DNA of 64,000 bases from positions 2,472,699 to 2,536,698 of the forward strand of contig CM119269.1 of assembly GCA_051294375.1 (NCBI GenBank). Direction: 5' to 3'. Origin of the DNA: Paraspadella gotoi (lineage: Eukaryota; Animalia; Chaetognatha). Below are positions 1 through 12,594 of the stretch, in pieces. How positions within the stretch are numbered: the stretch's first letter is position 1; the number at the start of each line of letters is the position of its first letter. A program made the position numbers and the translations under genes. The notes beneath the pieces are model-generated. The model was not told where the DNA came from and did no database searches. It was given only the letters and a program-made list of their open reading frames with translations.

Positions 1-505
1 GTCGTTCTGGCCGTTGATAGCAAGGCCCTGATGATATGTTCTCTGTCATCCATCCTACTAAGCTCTCCTATAAGTAGATAGTCGTTCTGGCCCTGGATAG
101 CGAGGCCCTGTCGATATTTTCCGCTCATCCATCCTACTAAGCTCTTATAGTGTTATTTGTCTCTGATAGACGGAGGCCCTGTGATATTTTCCGTCATCCA
201 TCCTACTAAGCCTCTTATAGTGTAGTCATTCTGGCTCCTCGATAGCCGAGGCCCTGTGATATTTCCGTCATCCATCTACTAAGCTGCTTTATATTGTAGG
301 CTGCCGTTCTGTCGATTAGCGATGGCCCGTGATATTTTCCGTCATCCATCATATCTTGCTATAGTGTTTAGTCGTTTCTGGCTCTGGAAGCGTGGCCCTG
401 TATATCCTTATATCTCTCTTAAGCTCTCTATATGATATGTCCGTTCTGGCTCGATAGCGAGGCCCTGTGATATTTTCGTCATCATCCTACTAAGCTCTTA
501 TAGTG
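1..505. repeat. Degenerate tandem satellite, ~68-bp unit, about 7 copies
   Basis: The unit tagtgtagtcgttctggctctgatagcgaggccctgtgatattttccgtcatccatcctactaagctctta recurs with many scattered 1-bp indels between copies. Confidence 0.85.
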
Positions 506-2126
506 CTCCCTCCCCCCTCGCGCCCGAAGCGTTTGTCGTATCATTAATCTCTCGGACTCGCGAACGTAGAGAAGGCATTACGAAATGCTTAAGGGCTCGG
601 GGATCACTCACCAAAGTTATACGAAGTAGCAGCTGGTTTTAACCACAAAGCTTAAATTTTAAAGAGCAGGTGCCAGCCTCTGATCGCGAAAATGTAGTTC
701 ACCTTTAGTTATTTTTTCAAAAACGTTGGGTGTTGTTTACGAATATTTAATCGTACTATATAAAAAAGATAACCATCGGCAAGCAGTCTGCCAGCCCAAA
801 CGGCGAAAGCGGATTTTTGGATGAAATTTAACATAATTTTACCTTGAGGTGAAGGTCCCCAATTTTCTATGAGAGGATTTTCCAAATTCGACCTTTTCTT
901 CATAGGGAAAAAGAAAAAGAATAATGAAATTTGGCAGTTAAAATTCTAAGATATCTTTGAAAACGAATAACATTTTCAAAATATCCTCTCATAGAAGTTT
1001 CTCCGCACATTTCCATACTAACGTAAATATAATTTTTAGTTTTATTTTTTTTTCAAACAGTTTTCGCTCCAATCTCTTTTTGTTTATTTATTTTTTACGT
1101 TTTTTATTTTTTCTGTAGTTTCTAAAGAATCTGGAAATAGATCGAGCAGGAACCTAAAACGACATGGCTTTAGTAAAAATCTATTTTCATTGTCTAAGCT
1201 ATTAAACTGATGGCTTACCTTCTATTTGAATTTTATTCAATTTTTTAAATTTTTTTTTAAATTTAAAAAATGCCCTGTGACAACAAAAACGGCATATATG
1301 GCTGTGGGATACAAGGAGGACAATTGCATGAAGATTTGACCTTATTTTATCCTGTGGCAACGACGGTCTAAGCTCTTAAGCCAGTTGAATGGTGTGGGAA
1401 CAGAAGACTAATTGACTAAGGAGAGAGCATAACCGCATTGTCCATCTGTGAATCAGAGACCATCTGAGGGCACCATAAGAGATTTTCTATCTCAGAGGAT
1501 CCATTGCAGATTGCCAAGGACGATTGTCTCTTGACTTTAAAAATTTGTATCAATTTTTGGGTATAAACTCATTTTAGTAAAAAAAGGTATATTAGCCTAA
1601 TTAATAGCATCATTAAATATGTATTCTGCACTCTCTCACATGAAACGTTTATTTTCATCCTTATTGATTCCAATTACATCATAAGAATGACAGCTTTAAG
1701 GTGACTAGTATTACGCACTGAGGTAGCTGATCGTTAACTTGAATAAAAAGAATTAAAATTCGCTTTAAAAATGACTTTACCGTCTTGAATGAAGTTTTTT
1801 AGTCTTTACGAGTAAAAAAAAATGCCGATTTTTGGTGGCTCTTGAAGCTAAACCTTATTTCAAATTTTGAAATGGTTTTTTTATTTGAAACACGAGGAAA
1901 TATACTTCTTACATAAAAATAATTTTGTATAAAGCTTTATGCAATTCTTGTTTGAATGGATTCCCAGGCTCTTAATAGCTTAATAAAGCTTAATTTAAGC
2001 ATAATAAGCATTCCGTAAACGAGCACTATTTTAGAGATTTAGAGAAGAAGGGATGTGTATCGTGATGCTTGGCCAAGCGTTCTAGGAACATTTTGAAGGA
2101 GAGATAGAGAGAGAGACGCAGGAGAT

Positions 2127-2161
<35 letters not shown>

Positions 2162-2176
2162 AGTTACACGAGTTCT

Positions 2177-2643
2177 NNNNNNNNNNNNNNNNNNNNNNNN
2201 NAAAAAATGTCCCTGACGCCCTTGGCCACGCCATCACGATACCTCCCTCTTCTCTAAATCTCTAAAATAGTGGCTCGTTTACGGAATGCTTATTAAGCTT
2301 ATTAAGCTTATTAAGCNNNNNNNNNNNNNNNNNNNNNNNNNNNNNNNNNNNNNNNNNNNNNNNNNNNNNNNNNNNNNNNNNNNNNNNNNNNNNNNNNNNN
2401 NNNNNNNNNNNNNNNNNNNNNNNNNNNNNNNNNNNNNNNNNNNNNNNNNNNNNNNNNNNNNNNNNNNNNNNNNNNNNNNNNNNNNNNNNNNNNNNNNNNN
2501 NNNNNNNNNNNNNNNNNNNNNNNNNNNNNNNNNNNNNNNNNNNNNNNNNNNNNNNNNNNNNNNNNNNNNNNNNNNNNNNNNNNNNNNNNNNNNNNNNNNN
2601 NNNNNNNNNNNNNNNNNNNNNNNNNNNNNNNNNNNNNNNNNNN
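2177..2643. other. Assembly gaps flanking a short inverted contig
   Basis: N-runs at 2177-2201 and 2317-2643. The island between them (2202-2316) is the reverse complement of ~1970-2094. Confidence 0.9.
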
Positions 2644-2905
2644 AACACCTCGATGGAGTTTGTCCAGCGTCGATGGAAACTGTGACGTCGATGCTTTTTA
2701 TATCTGCGGTTAATTACGTCGATGAAATCAATAGCGTTGATTAATTATATGCGTTGGATGGAAATGGCGTCGTTTGAGTACGTTGTCGTTATTGTCGTCA
2801 TTGTCGTCGTCGTCGTCGTCTTCGTCAGCGAAGGAACGAGAGGAATTTCCTGGCGTGAAAAGCGATGATTTACTCTTCGATACTTCGTGTGGTTTTGTCG
2901 CGGAC

Positions 2906-2952
<47 letters not shown>

Positions 2953-2958
2953 AAGAGA

Positions 2959-2997
<39 letters not shown>

Positions 2998-3641
2998 TAA
3001 ATTTCTCTCATTAACTATAATAACGCGTTGTATTGAGAACGATTATTCTCTATTACAGAGCAATCACAGGAAAGTGTTACGGGAAGAACACTCTTAGTGA
3101 ATTAACACTTGTGCGTTTTAATGCAATCTTGAAAGCCCAACGACGTTTTTATCATGTTTTTCCACGTAAAAATGAGCTCATAAACATTTAAAAATAATAT
3201 AACCTAGTTGTTATTTAAGTTTTATTTCCCTTGCTCCTCTCTCTCGTAATGTATTATTATCAAAAGAACTCTAAGTAACACTCCGTATTAATTGATGCCA
3301 TAAAAGAGAATCGGAGCGATAAAAACGCATCTCTCTAGAGAACCACCGTCTCTTGGCAACCAAGGACGCCGCCATAGATTCAGCTCTTACCTCGTAACAA
3401 CCAGGTGCACGAGCGCTTCGATTCAAATCCCTGGAAAGCTATTTCGCTTATCTTCGTAACGGGACGGGGAATCCACCGCTCATGAGCTATTAAGAGATAC
3501 GAAGGAATTATTCTTCGATAAAAAAGAAAACATTATTTTTCTTGATAATGCTAGTACAAACAATTGTGGTCCGAATATTGTCGAGTATCGTCTGTCATTC
3601 AACTTACACTTTTCTTACCTCACCTCTTCCCCCTCCTTCAG

Positions 3642-6600
3642 ACGAACCCTCCTCGCCCCTCCGCGAATTTCTCCGTCAACGAAATCCCGAGAGGCAGCAT
3701 TCGGCGACGCTGGAGTCCTACCTCATCAAACCCATCCAACGAATTCTGAGATATCCCCTGCTGCTGCAGCAACTCAAGGCCCTCGTGCCCGTGGGCAAGG
3801 AAGAACACCGACACCTTACCGAGGTAAGGATTCGGTTCATAAATTCTTCAAGCTTTGCTTTAATAAAAATATAGCAACTATATCGAAACGTTCTCGCGAA
3901 ATTATTTTGAGGTTCCAGTTACATATTAAATATTACATAATTATATATATATTACATGATGCTGGGCGGAGTACAATATAGTATTCCCCGATCTAATACT
4001 TAAGGGAGTGGTCTTTTCATACAATCGAAACATTCTTTGAAACATTATACCAATTTATTGATAGGGAAGCCAGGTACTCCGGGAGTGAATAAACGAGACT
4101 GTGAAAGAGTCTTGATTGAAAGCTTGCAGGGACCTGCTATGTCATTATCTTGTAAGAGTGATGGAGGCCTTAAACCACCAAAGCCTGTCCAAAGTCAGGG
4201 GCAAGATAGCTTGTTTATTAATTGAATGGATAATTTTTTTATTGGTTGTACCAATTTCCTAACCTGTCTCTACTGTTGCAGATCGTTAACAGAATCGCGC
4301 TGTCGTACTAATTGTGTTTCGCAGCTGCCGTCGTAAATCAGAGTCGCAAAGAATCGCATTTAAATTTCAATACAGGATGTCGTCGTCTTTTTCGTCGTCG
4401 TCGTCGTCGTCTTCATAATCTATTGGCGGCGGTGGAAAGTGTTCCAGTTTTTTTATTTCTGGTTCGAAGGATTTTTCCTCCTTGCTTCTTACCCTAATGG
4501 TCGTCGTCGTCGTCGTCTTTTTCGTCGTCGTCGTCGTCTATGTCATTTGAGATGTTGTTGTTGTTGTTGTATCAGGAGGTAACTTGAAAAAAAAAAAAAA
4601 AAATGTAGGAAGGAACGGGGAAAAAAAAGAATAGGAACATTTAGATCTATATAGAAAACAGTATTAGGTACACAATTTCTTTTTTTTTTTTATTATCAGT
4701 TAACCACTTGAATAGTTTATAATTTATAAATAGTTTATAATTAAGTTTATTCCTTAGTTTACCAAACGTGTTTGATTGAGTTGTATTCGACTCCCTTCAG
4801 GCCTTGAGTGGGATGGAAGCGGTCGCAGAACACATCAACGAGATGCAACGCCTCTACGAAGAGTTCGGGACCACACTGGAGGAGCTTCAGCGACAACAGG
4901 ATCGAACGCCCAGCGTCACCGGTGACTAGGGGATCGGGGTATTCATGACGGACTCAGGAAATAACAAAAACCGATGAGAATATAATTAATTTTAATGTTA
5001 GCCTGATTTGTAAACTAATATCTATGCATATCGAATTTTAAAATTTTTGATTGACCGACGGTTTTGTCTTTGAAAACGATAATTAAATATTGAAATGAAA
5101 TTAGACGTAGGATTATAATAATAAAAAGAATGTAGACGATGACGATGACAACGTTAAAGATGATAAAAACGACAAAGACAAAAAAAAAAAAACAGGATTA
5201 CGAAGACGACGACCCGACGTCGGGGACAACAATTACAAAGACGACGACGACGACGACGACGAGTAAGCGGCTTGATAAACGCGAGAATCAGCGTCTCCGT
5301 GGAAATTGAATAGTACAAAAGGTGCCATGAAAATGAAGACGGAGCACGGGGGAATGTCAGCAACAGATGCTTAGTCTGCGTCGAGTATTGATAAACCAAA
5401 TAGAGGGAAAAAATAAAGAGAAATTTATCGGAAATTAAAGAGATAAAATGAAAGGAGAAAAAGAAGTCGTTTTCACGGCGAATCAATGGCAAACAACGAC
5501 AACGACAACGACAACGACGACAAAGAAATTGCGCAACTTCTGATAAAGTACATTAATGAAGCCCCATCGTTCTTTCTATCGAAAAGAAATCAGAAACGAT
5601 AGGCAATATTTGAGAACGAGAAATACTCAATGTGAGAGAGCGAAAGAGAGAGTTCATACGAGTTCGGTACTTGTCAGAGTCCTCGTCAGCTAATGACGCA
5701 TAAATAACAAATGAATCTCCCGCCAAAAAAAGTCGCTGCGAGGAACCATTCATTCATTCATTCATTCATTCATTCATTCANNNNNNNNNNCGTTCGATAT
5801 CTCTTCGCATTTGTTTTTTGGGGTCATTTCCCATTCGCACTGAGCTGATAAAAGACTTCATCCCTCATCCCTTTTTCCGAATGTCATTCTTCGACGCGGT
5901 TTCCTTTAGAGGATCTTTCTCGTTTTCATCCCCGCTTCTCTTTCCTCTTTTAGGTTTAGGTCATCGTATTTTAATAACAAATGCTCCAATATTCTTTCCA
6001 CTCCCCCTCCCCCTGCCCCCAAGGCGCCCCGCCCGTCTCGCTATCCCTCAACGAGCTCCAGATGTACGGACTGGTGGACTGGCTAAACCTGGGCGAGGGT
6101 TCGGAGGGACTCGGTCGTCCGCGCAAAGGATGCGAATATGTGACGACGTGTTTCGTCTTCGTCACGTGCGTCGTCATTGTTTGTCAGGAGAAGACGAAGA
6201 GGAAGCACTCGGCAAAGGTGATGGGGAGGGGGATGAGGAGGAGGAGGAAGAAGAAGAGGAAGCACTCGGCAAAGGTGATGGGGAGGGGGATGAGGAGGAG
6301 GAGGAAGAAGAAGAGGTGATATAATTATAATTATAAACAATGTTACTTAACGGTTTCGATTAAGAAGCGTCGGATTTGGGTTCAACTCTTCAAGTGCAGT
6401 TTTTTTTAATTTATTTATTTATTTATTTTTTTTATTTTTAATATTTGTTATTAATACCAGAAAGAACCGATAGGTTTCGCCAGCAAGCACCGTTTCCTCA
6501 TCATTTCTCCTCTTCCTCCTCCCCCTCCTCCCGGAGATCCAGGCTCGAGTCCAGGGTTTAGGTTTTTCATTCACGCTCTTTTCTCTCTTTCTCTCTCACC

Positions 6601-9600
6601 GACCATCTCCCGTTCAGCTTCCGTTAGCTTTTTTTTCCACTACCGATTTAGTCGCTTAGATATATATTCCCCTTTTTCCGCCATTCACCTCGTTTTTACT
6701 TACTATTAGTCCGAGTTAGCCTTACCCGACTGTAGTTAGAGTGGCGCCCAATGTGGGGGTCGAACCCACGACCCCAGGATTAAGAGTGCTGTGCTCTTCC
6801 GACTGAGCACTTTAACCCAAATTCGGTGTTTCTTAATCAATATCTAAACAGTGCATGCGATGACTACAAACTTAAAATTATGGGTTTTTTTCCTATCACC
6901 GTAGATGAAAAAATACTAACTCTATAACCCAAATCGTCAAGTATTTTAGAGACTTCCAAGATTTTTTTTTTCAAAAATTTTATTCAAAGGAACACTTTCT
7001 AACATATTTTATCACTGATATTGGTCGGATCATTTCTGTAAGGTGTACGCTTTTGGCGCAAGTGAAAAAAAGAGGAAGAGTAGAAAGAACGTTTAAAATG
7101 GCATATATATAAGTTAAAACGAGGTTGTACTTTGGTTCAATTATATAATAAGCTTAAAGTTTGGTCGAGGTATTAAAAGTTAAATCGTAGATGATGGTAA
7201 ATAAAATTTATTGTCGGTCGGATAACCTTACTTGATGAAAGGACGCGGCTTAGCGTCAACGTTGAAAGTGAAAAGCGGAAAATTAAATGGTTTCCCGAGC
7301 AGAAGATTTTTTTTTTTCTCAAGTCGAAACAGTTGAGCTCAACTGTGAGAGGAAACTAAGATTTTGTCTTAAGACGAAACAGTTTGGCAAGAAGAAACAA
7401 GGAGTGTTTTCTTATCTAAAATATTTTAACAAGAGAAAATGAGCAAACGAATGTTTTGTCAAATATACCCTTAGTTAAAATTGTTGTGTTATAAAAACAT
7501 AGCCTCAAAATAAAAAAAAGTTTTATATTTATAAAAACACTTGAGAAATAATAAAAACATTTTTTTTCTAGTCGAAACTGTTGTGTTAAAAAAAAACTGT
7601 TGGTCGAAAAGAAATTTTTCTCAAGTGGAATCAGAACGATTTTCCGTCTCAGCAAATTATAATTTACTGAGTCGAGATTCCGATGGAGCGAGTTAAAGTT
7701 TAAAGCGGAGAATTAAAACTTTTCACTGAAGGTTAACTTAATCTTCAAATTTGAAGTTAGGATCGTAAAAGAGTTCTGACACTACTTAAATTGAGTTAAA
7801 AAAAGATACAGAGGCATCTTATAAATATGTATTAATTCCCTACTCTTTTTTCCCCCCATTCAAACCTTTTAAACGAGGTTTGAAATTCAAAACGCTGATA
7901 TCCTTTTGAGAAGAAGTTTAAATCTTATCTTTATTATTCAGTACGTTTTAGAAATTGAAATTTTTCTCGGTCAGATAAGATAATTGTAATATACTAACGT
8001 GTAAGGCTTTTTGTCAATATTTTAATAATGTAAAAAGATTTCTCCACGTACACAGGGAGGAAACGCGACGCTGACATATTCCGATCACGGTGACCACGCA
8101 TCGGGTCAAGCGGCGAAGCTCAAATTTCAGGGGGTCATACCCATCACTGAAGTTCAGGTGCGTATGTTCTTAAATATGCTTTCACTCTATGTTTTTATTG
8201 CCATCGGTTATAGGGTTTATTTGATTTGAAAAACGAAACACAGTTGCACGGAGAGAAAAAGATTTCCCCCACAAAAATCCATAAATATTTAGAATGATTT
8301 TATTTTTATTTTTATTGAAGAGAAAAAAAGAGAGAGAGCGATGACTTTTACCAAAATCCATTTTTTTTCTTTTCCCCAAAAAGACAAATGATGTTGAGGG
8401 ATCAAAGCAAATCTGCTCAGCAAGTTTTCCTCAAGATTTAAAAAAAAAATCTTATCTTTTCGCGGAATGTTTTTTGTATCTGTTTTGTTTGTTTGCGCCC
8501 ATTTAGCTAGTTTTATATATTAAAATAGACGTTAATAACTGCCAGACTTCCAAAACCCATTGGCAGGTTATATTGTTTTGGTCTCATAATTTACCTTCGC
8601 TGTTTTTTTTTCTTCCCATTTTATCAAAGGTCGTTTTTGTTTTTGTTTTTTTTTTTTGGTCCCTCGGAGGAGCGTTTCCCCATTTTTTTTTCAATTTGGC
8701 GCCACGCGTTGGTGTTTTGGCCTCATTTCATTGTTTGTACCTAATGACGAGGTCATCCCTTGTGTTATCAAGAGGTCATTTCCCGGCGACGCCCGCGTCT
8801 TTCCGAATTCTTCCTTCCACTCAATTTTTTTCCCCTCTTCCTCGATTCTTCCGGTTTATTTTTTTCCATTTTCCCTTTCCTCTTCTTATCTTTTCTTAAA
8901 CTACACTGCGGCGCAAAAAAAAGTAGCCACTTTTTCACTTCGAATAAACTGTATGGATGGTTAAATTCTACAAAGATATAAAAATATAAAACAAAGTTTT
9001 TTGAAAGATGAACCAATTGGTCCAAGTCCCAATAAAATTGAGCAGAGCGTTCAAAAGTTATAGGCCGTCAAAATTCAAAATAGATTGGTCAACAAGAGTC
9101 AATAACTTTTTTTATTATATAATATATTTATATTAATATATATTTTATAATATAAAAATGGCTGAATGAATTCAGCATAGAATATTTGTAAAATAGATAA
9201 AAAACTATATAAAAAATATAATCATCAGTCAGAAAAAAAAGTATCATTCACTGAACCTCTAAAAATTATTTTTCCTAATTCCATTTTCAGATTCTAAAAG
9301 TATTATTGTATTTTACTGCCTGAACCAATTAATTTTTTTTTGCACCAATCAGTAACTTTTTAAAAAGCTATACTTTTTATAAATATTTTTTTTAAATTAA
9401 AAAAAAAAAAATAGTGGGATATTTAAAGCTAACGAATGGCTACTTTTTTTTTGCGCCGCAGTGTCCTTTTCTTGGTTTCTATCTTCTCCATCAAAATCAT
9501 ACTATTTTCCTTTTAATATTAAAAAACCTTTTTTTATCATTTTATTTTTACCACTCTCAAATATTATCCCTTATCCGTGATCCTCCAGTTCCTCTTTTCT

Positions 9601-11800
9601 ATCTTTCCTTCGTATCCACCAGTCTCATTATTTCTCATTGCCTTTCCCCCCCCATCCTCCGCCCCTTTCCCCAAACCCCCCAAACCCCAAACCCCCCAAA
9701 CCCCCCAAACCCCCAAACCCCCAACCCCCATCTACCAATCCTCATTCCCATCCACCAGGTCCGTGCATCTACCGTCGTCGACACAGAAGGTCATTACGTG
9801 TGGGAGTTGGTTTACCTCAAGAGTCAAACCCTGGGTGGACCCGAGCGCGTCTTCCAAATGGCCTGCGGGTGAGTCTCGAGTTCGGTGCAGGGGTGAGGTC
9901 GGGAGTCTGGCTCGCCGGGTCCATTATCGCAGCGGTTTGGGAGGATCTGGGTTCGGTACGCTCAATTTAACACACTACTGTATGTACTAAGTACTATGTA
10001 GTAAGGAAGGAGTAATGAAAACCAAAAAAGAGAGTATAAATAATAGCATTTAAACTGTTTGGCAATGCTCGCTTCTGCTTATTGTGATAAATGTAATAAT
10101 CTGCATAATTGTAATACTAAATACTAATTAGAGAAAACAAATTTGAAATGTCGGTCCATCCAGTTAGATTTTTTTTAATTTATATTTATAATTTTAGAAA
10201 ATTAGCTACATATTGCCACCTATGCGTCCTTAACTTTGCATTTTTCCTCCATCTCTTCCTCTTCTTCATTATTCTTTTCTCCTTCTTTCCATCTCTTCCT
10301 CTTCTTTACTATTCTTTCCTCCTTCTTTCCATCTCTTCCTCTTCTTTATTATTCTTTCCTCCTTTTTTCATCTCTTCCTCTTCTTTACTATTCTTTTATC
10401 CATCTTTTCTCCTTCTTTCCATCTCTCCCCATCTCGTCCCATCTGTTCCCCGCCATCACCAGATTGAAAGAGACGAAGATGGCGTTTCTTCGCGGGATCC
10501 GACAAATGATTCGCGAGGGCGTCCGGCAGATGGCGTCGGCGGATATCGCTGTCTCCGCGTCCAGCGCCACCCGAGGAGAGACGCTGCCCGGCCCGGTCCA
10601 CGAGGGCGGCGGTGGCGTTGGCGGAGGAGGCGGCGGAGGGGCGCCCCTTCAAACCCCCGGGGCCAGAGGACCCCCGGCGGGGTTCAGGCTTCCGGGTCTA
10701 GGGGAAGGAGGAGGTGGAGGAGGAGCGGAGGGAGGTGGTGGAGGAGGAAGAGGAGGTGGGGGTGACGGAGGAGGAGGCGGTGGCGGGGGTGGTCCGCACT
10801 TGACTTCATTTTTGAGTCAGGCGAATCTGCGCAACGATTTGGGTAAGTAGAGAAGGTGGGGGGATAAGTTTTTGGGAGAATTCTGACCTCAATAAGTCTA
10901 TTTCGGTCGGTCGGTCGGCGTGACCGATCCCATCCGATCCTCCTTTCGATTCCATCCCCGTTCCATCCCCNNNNNNNNNNNNNNNNATCCCCGTTTCATC
11001 CCCGTTCCATCCCCCAACTCCATCAGGCGTTCCCCCCGGATCCTCCTACGACAGCAGCTTAGAGACAGATAGCGTTCAGGCCCAGCGGAAGTCGAATCGA
11101 ATGGAGAAACGAATGGAGAGATACTCGGCGCATTTTTATCAGACGCCCGATTACGACAATCTCTTCGTCAGCGAACTCTCCAAGAAGCAGCGCCAGTTCG
11201 GCCTAAGTCGGGGTAAGCGAAAGAAGACTGAAGGACAGCGAGGAGAATCTATTGGCCCGAAGTTGATGGCTTCGACTGTCGGCCTTGTCTGTCTTTTGTT
11301 ACTTTTTTTAGTTTTTATACAATTCTTTGCTCTTTTACTGTTGACCTGTGTTTTTCTCGCTCGTCGATTTTGGTCTATCCTTTTCCTACGCTTGGTTGAT
11401 GTGAGAAAAATAAAAAGAAAAGAAAATACACGTTTATTTTCTGGGGTGCTCTTTTTTTTTTGCTCATCGACGATGTTTCTTAAAAAAAAAACAAAAAGGT
11501 CAATACAAAAAACAAAAAGGTCAATACAAAAAAAAAACAAAAAGGTCAAAACAAACGACCTCAGAAAAAAAAAATTTCCGTTAGATGTCCTTCTTGCTTC
11601 TCTGTTTTCGACAGCGCTCAACCTTCACCAGGTTTTCTTGTTGCTCTTGTTAAAATGTTAATGCAGTCGTTGTTGTTGTTGTTGTCCCTCTCAGGTTCGG
11701 CCGTTGACTCCGGCCAAGAGATCGCCTCGTCATTTTACTCGAGGAGCCTCACCTTGGGAGACTTGCGACCTGGAGCCGTTGATGGACGGATGCAACTCGT

Positions 11801-11896
<96 letters not shown>

Positions 11897-12594
11897 GTTG
11901 TAAGAATAGCCAGTGTTTCAAACGGTTTTCTTCTCTCAGATGCCTCACCCTCGGAATCTTGGTCCAACACGATGAGTCGATTGCCCTACAACATCGGGGT
12001 GGCATCGTCGCCCTTACCCGATAAAGGTAAAAGCCTGGAAAGTTATTTAGAAAACCTCATACATGGAGGACGAACCTCTGAACGTAATCCATCCCCGTAA
12101 CAGAATTTGGCGCCGTGGGGATGTCTAGTTTGGCCGACGAAATACTCATGACTTCAACACTTCCCCAGGTAAATAATTAAATGTGTTATACATGATGGAG
12201 CAGTAAACTAAGAAAGTACCATGAACATCAATTTGAATGCTCGATTGTGGAAACATATCATTTTTTGATAAAATCTTTATGAGATGACCAATGGTCATTG
12301 ACCATCCTCTTCTCCTTCGCCCCCCCCCTATTCATTCAGTACAACTACCCCACCAACATTCCGCCCCCTCCCCCGGCGGCGCCTCCACCGCCCCCGGGTC
12401 CGCCCAAACCCCGCCCCCCTTCGCGAAGCCTACACACTCACTTGACTCCGCAGCCGGGCGGCGGAGCGGGCCGCTTGACGGGCGCCGCATCGGGCCGGCA
12501 GCAGCCCGTCACGTCCCCAGCGGCCTTGGGTCCGGACCATCAGGGTCACCGGCCTTTCAAGACCCACGACGCTGGTGGACAAAGTATGCAGTAA
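3642..12594 (+). CDS. sif/TIAM-like: Tiam1/Still life-like Rac guanine-nucleotide exchange factor, 3' part (end of DH domain, C-terminal PH domain, disordered tail); 5' part not found in window
   Basis: Phase-consistent GT-AG exons: 3642-3823 ([31 protein letters not shown]), 4801-4921 ([23 protein letters not shown]), 6024-6217 ([16 protein letters not shown]...CFVFVTCVV), 8056-8157 ([11 protein letters not shown]), 9759-9868 ([17 protein letters not shown]), 10463-10842 ([17 protein letters not shown]), 11027-11212, [11695-11798, phase problem], 11940-12026, 12104-12168, 12340-12594 (stop). AATAAA at 12611. [18 protein letters not shown] and [10 protein letters not shown] are Tiam/Sif DH signatures. 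Confidence 0.93.
4106..4258. repeat. Interspersed 153-bp repeat, copy 1 (intronic)
   Basis: Near-identical to 17242-17394, same orientation (agagtcttgattgaaagcttgcagggacctgc...ggttgtaccaatttc). Confidence 0.9.
6196..6316 (+). repeat. 57-bp tandem duplication spanning a splice donor
   Basis: gaagaggaagcactcggcaaag|gtgatggggagggggatgaggaggaggaggaagaa occurs at 6196-6252 and 6253-6309. Confidence 0.92.
6742..6808 (-). pseudogene. 5'-truncated tRNA-Lys(CTT) copy ending in CCA (probable retroposed tRNA)
   Basis: The minus strand reads gctcagtcggaagagcacagcact-CTT-aatcctggggtcgtgggttcgacccccacattgggcg-CCA. This matches eukaryotic tRNA-Lys(CTT) in D-arm, anticodon loop and T-arm. The 5' acceptor strand is missing and the anticodon stem is imperfect. 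Confidence 0.85.
8904..9463. mobile_element. Non-autonomous DNA transposon (MITE) with ~26-bp TIRs, Tc1/mariner-like
   Basis: Left end TA|cactgcggcgcaaaaaaaagtagcca; right end tggctacttttttttttgcgccgcagtg. AT-rich non-coding interior. TA is seen on the left flank only (right flank is TC). Confidence 0.8.
10245..10430. repeat. Pyrimidine-rich minisatellite (~40-bp unit) directly upstream of the 10463 acceptor
   Basis: Repeated ccatctcttcctcttctttactattctttcctccttcttt. Confidence 0.75.

Noticed and set aside
1-505. CRISPR-like array or ribozyme-bearing satellite
   Set aside because: Units are contiguous with no unique spacers, the context is eukaryotic, and no hammerhead core was found.
1970-2316. 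Apparent ~120-bp inverted repeat or hairpin element
   Set aside because: One arm is an indel-ridden version of the other, which sits alone between N-gaps. Most likely the same locus assembled twice.
2262-2744. ORFs made of X residues
   Set aside because: Translation of N-gaps.
6742-6808. Functional tRNA-Lys gene
   Set aside because: The 5' acceptor strand is absent and the anticodon stem is mismatched.
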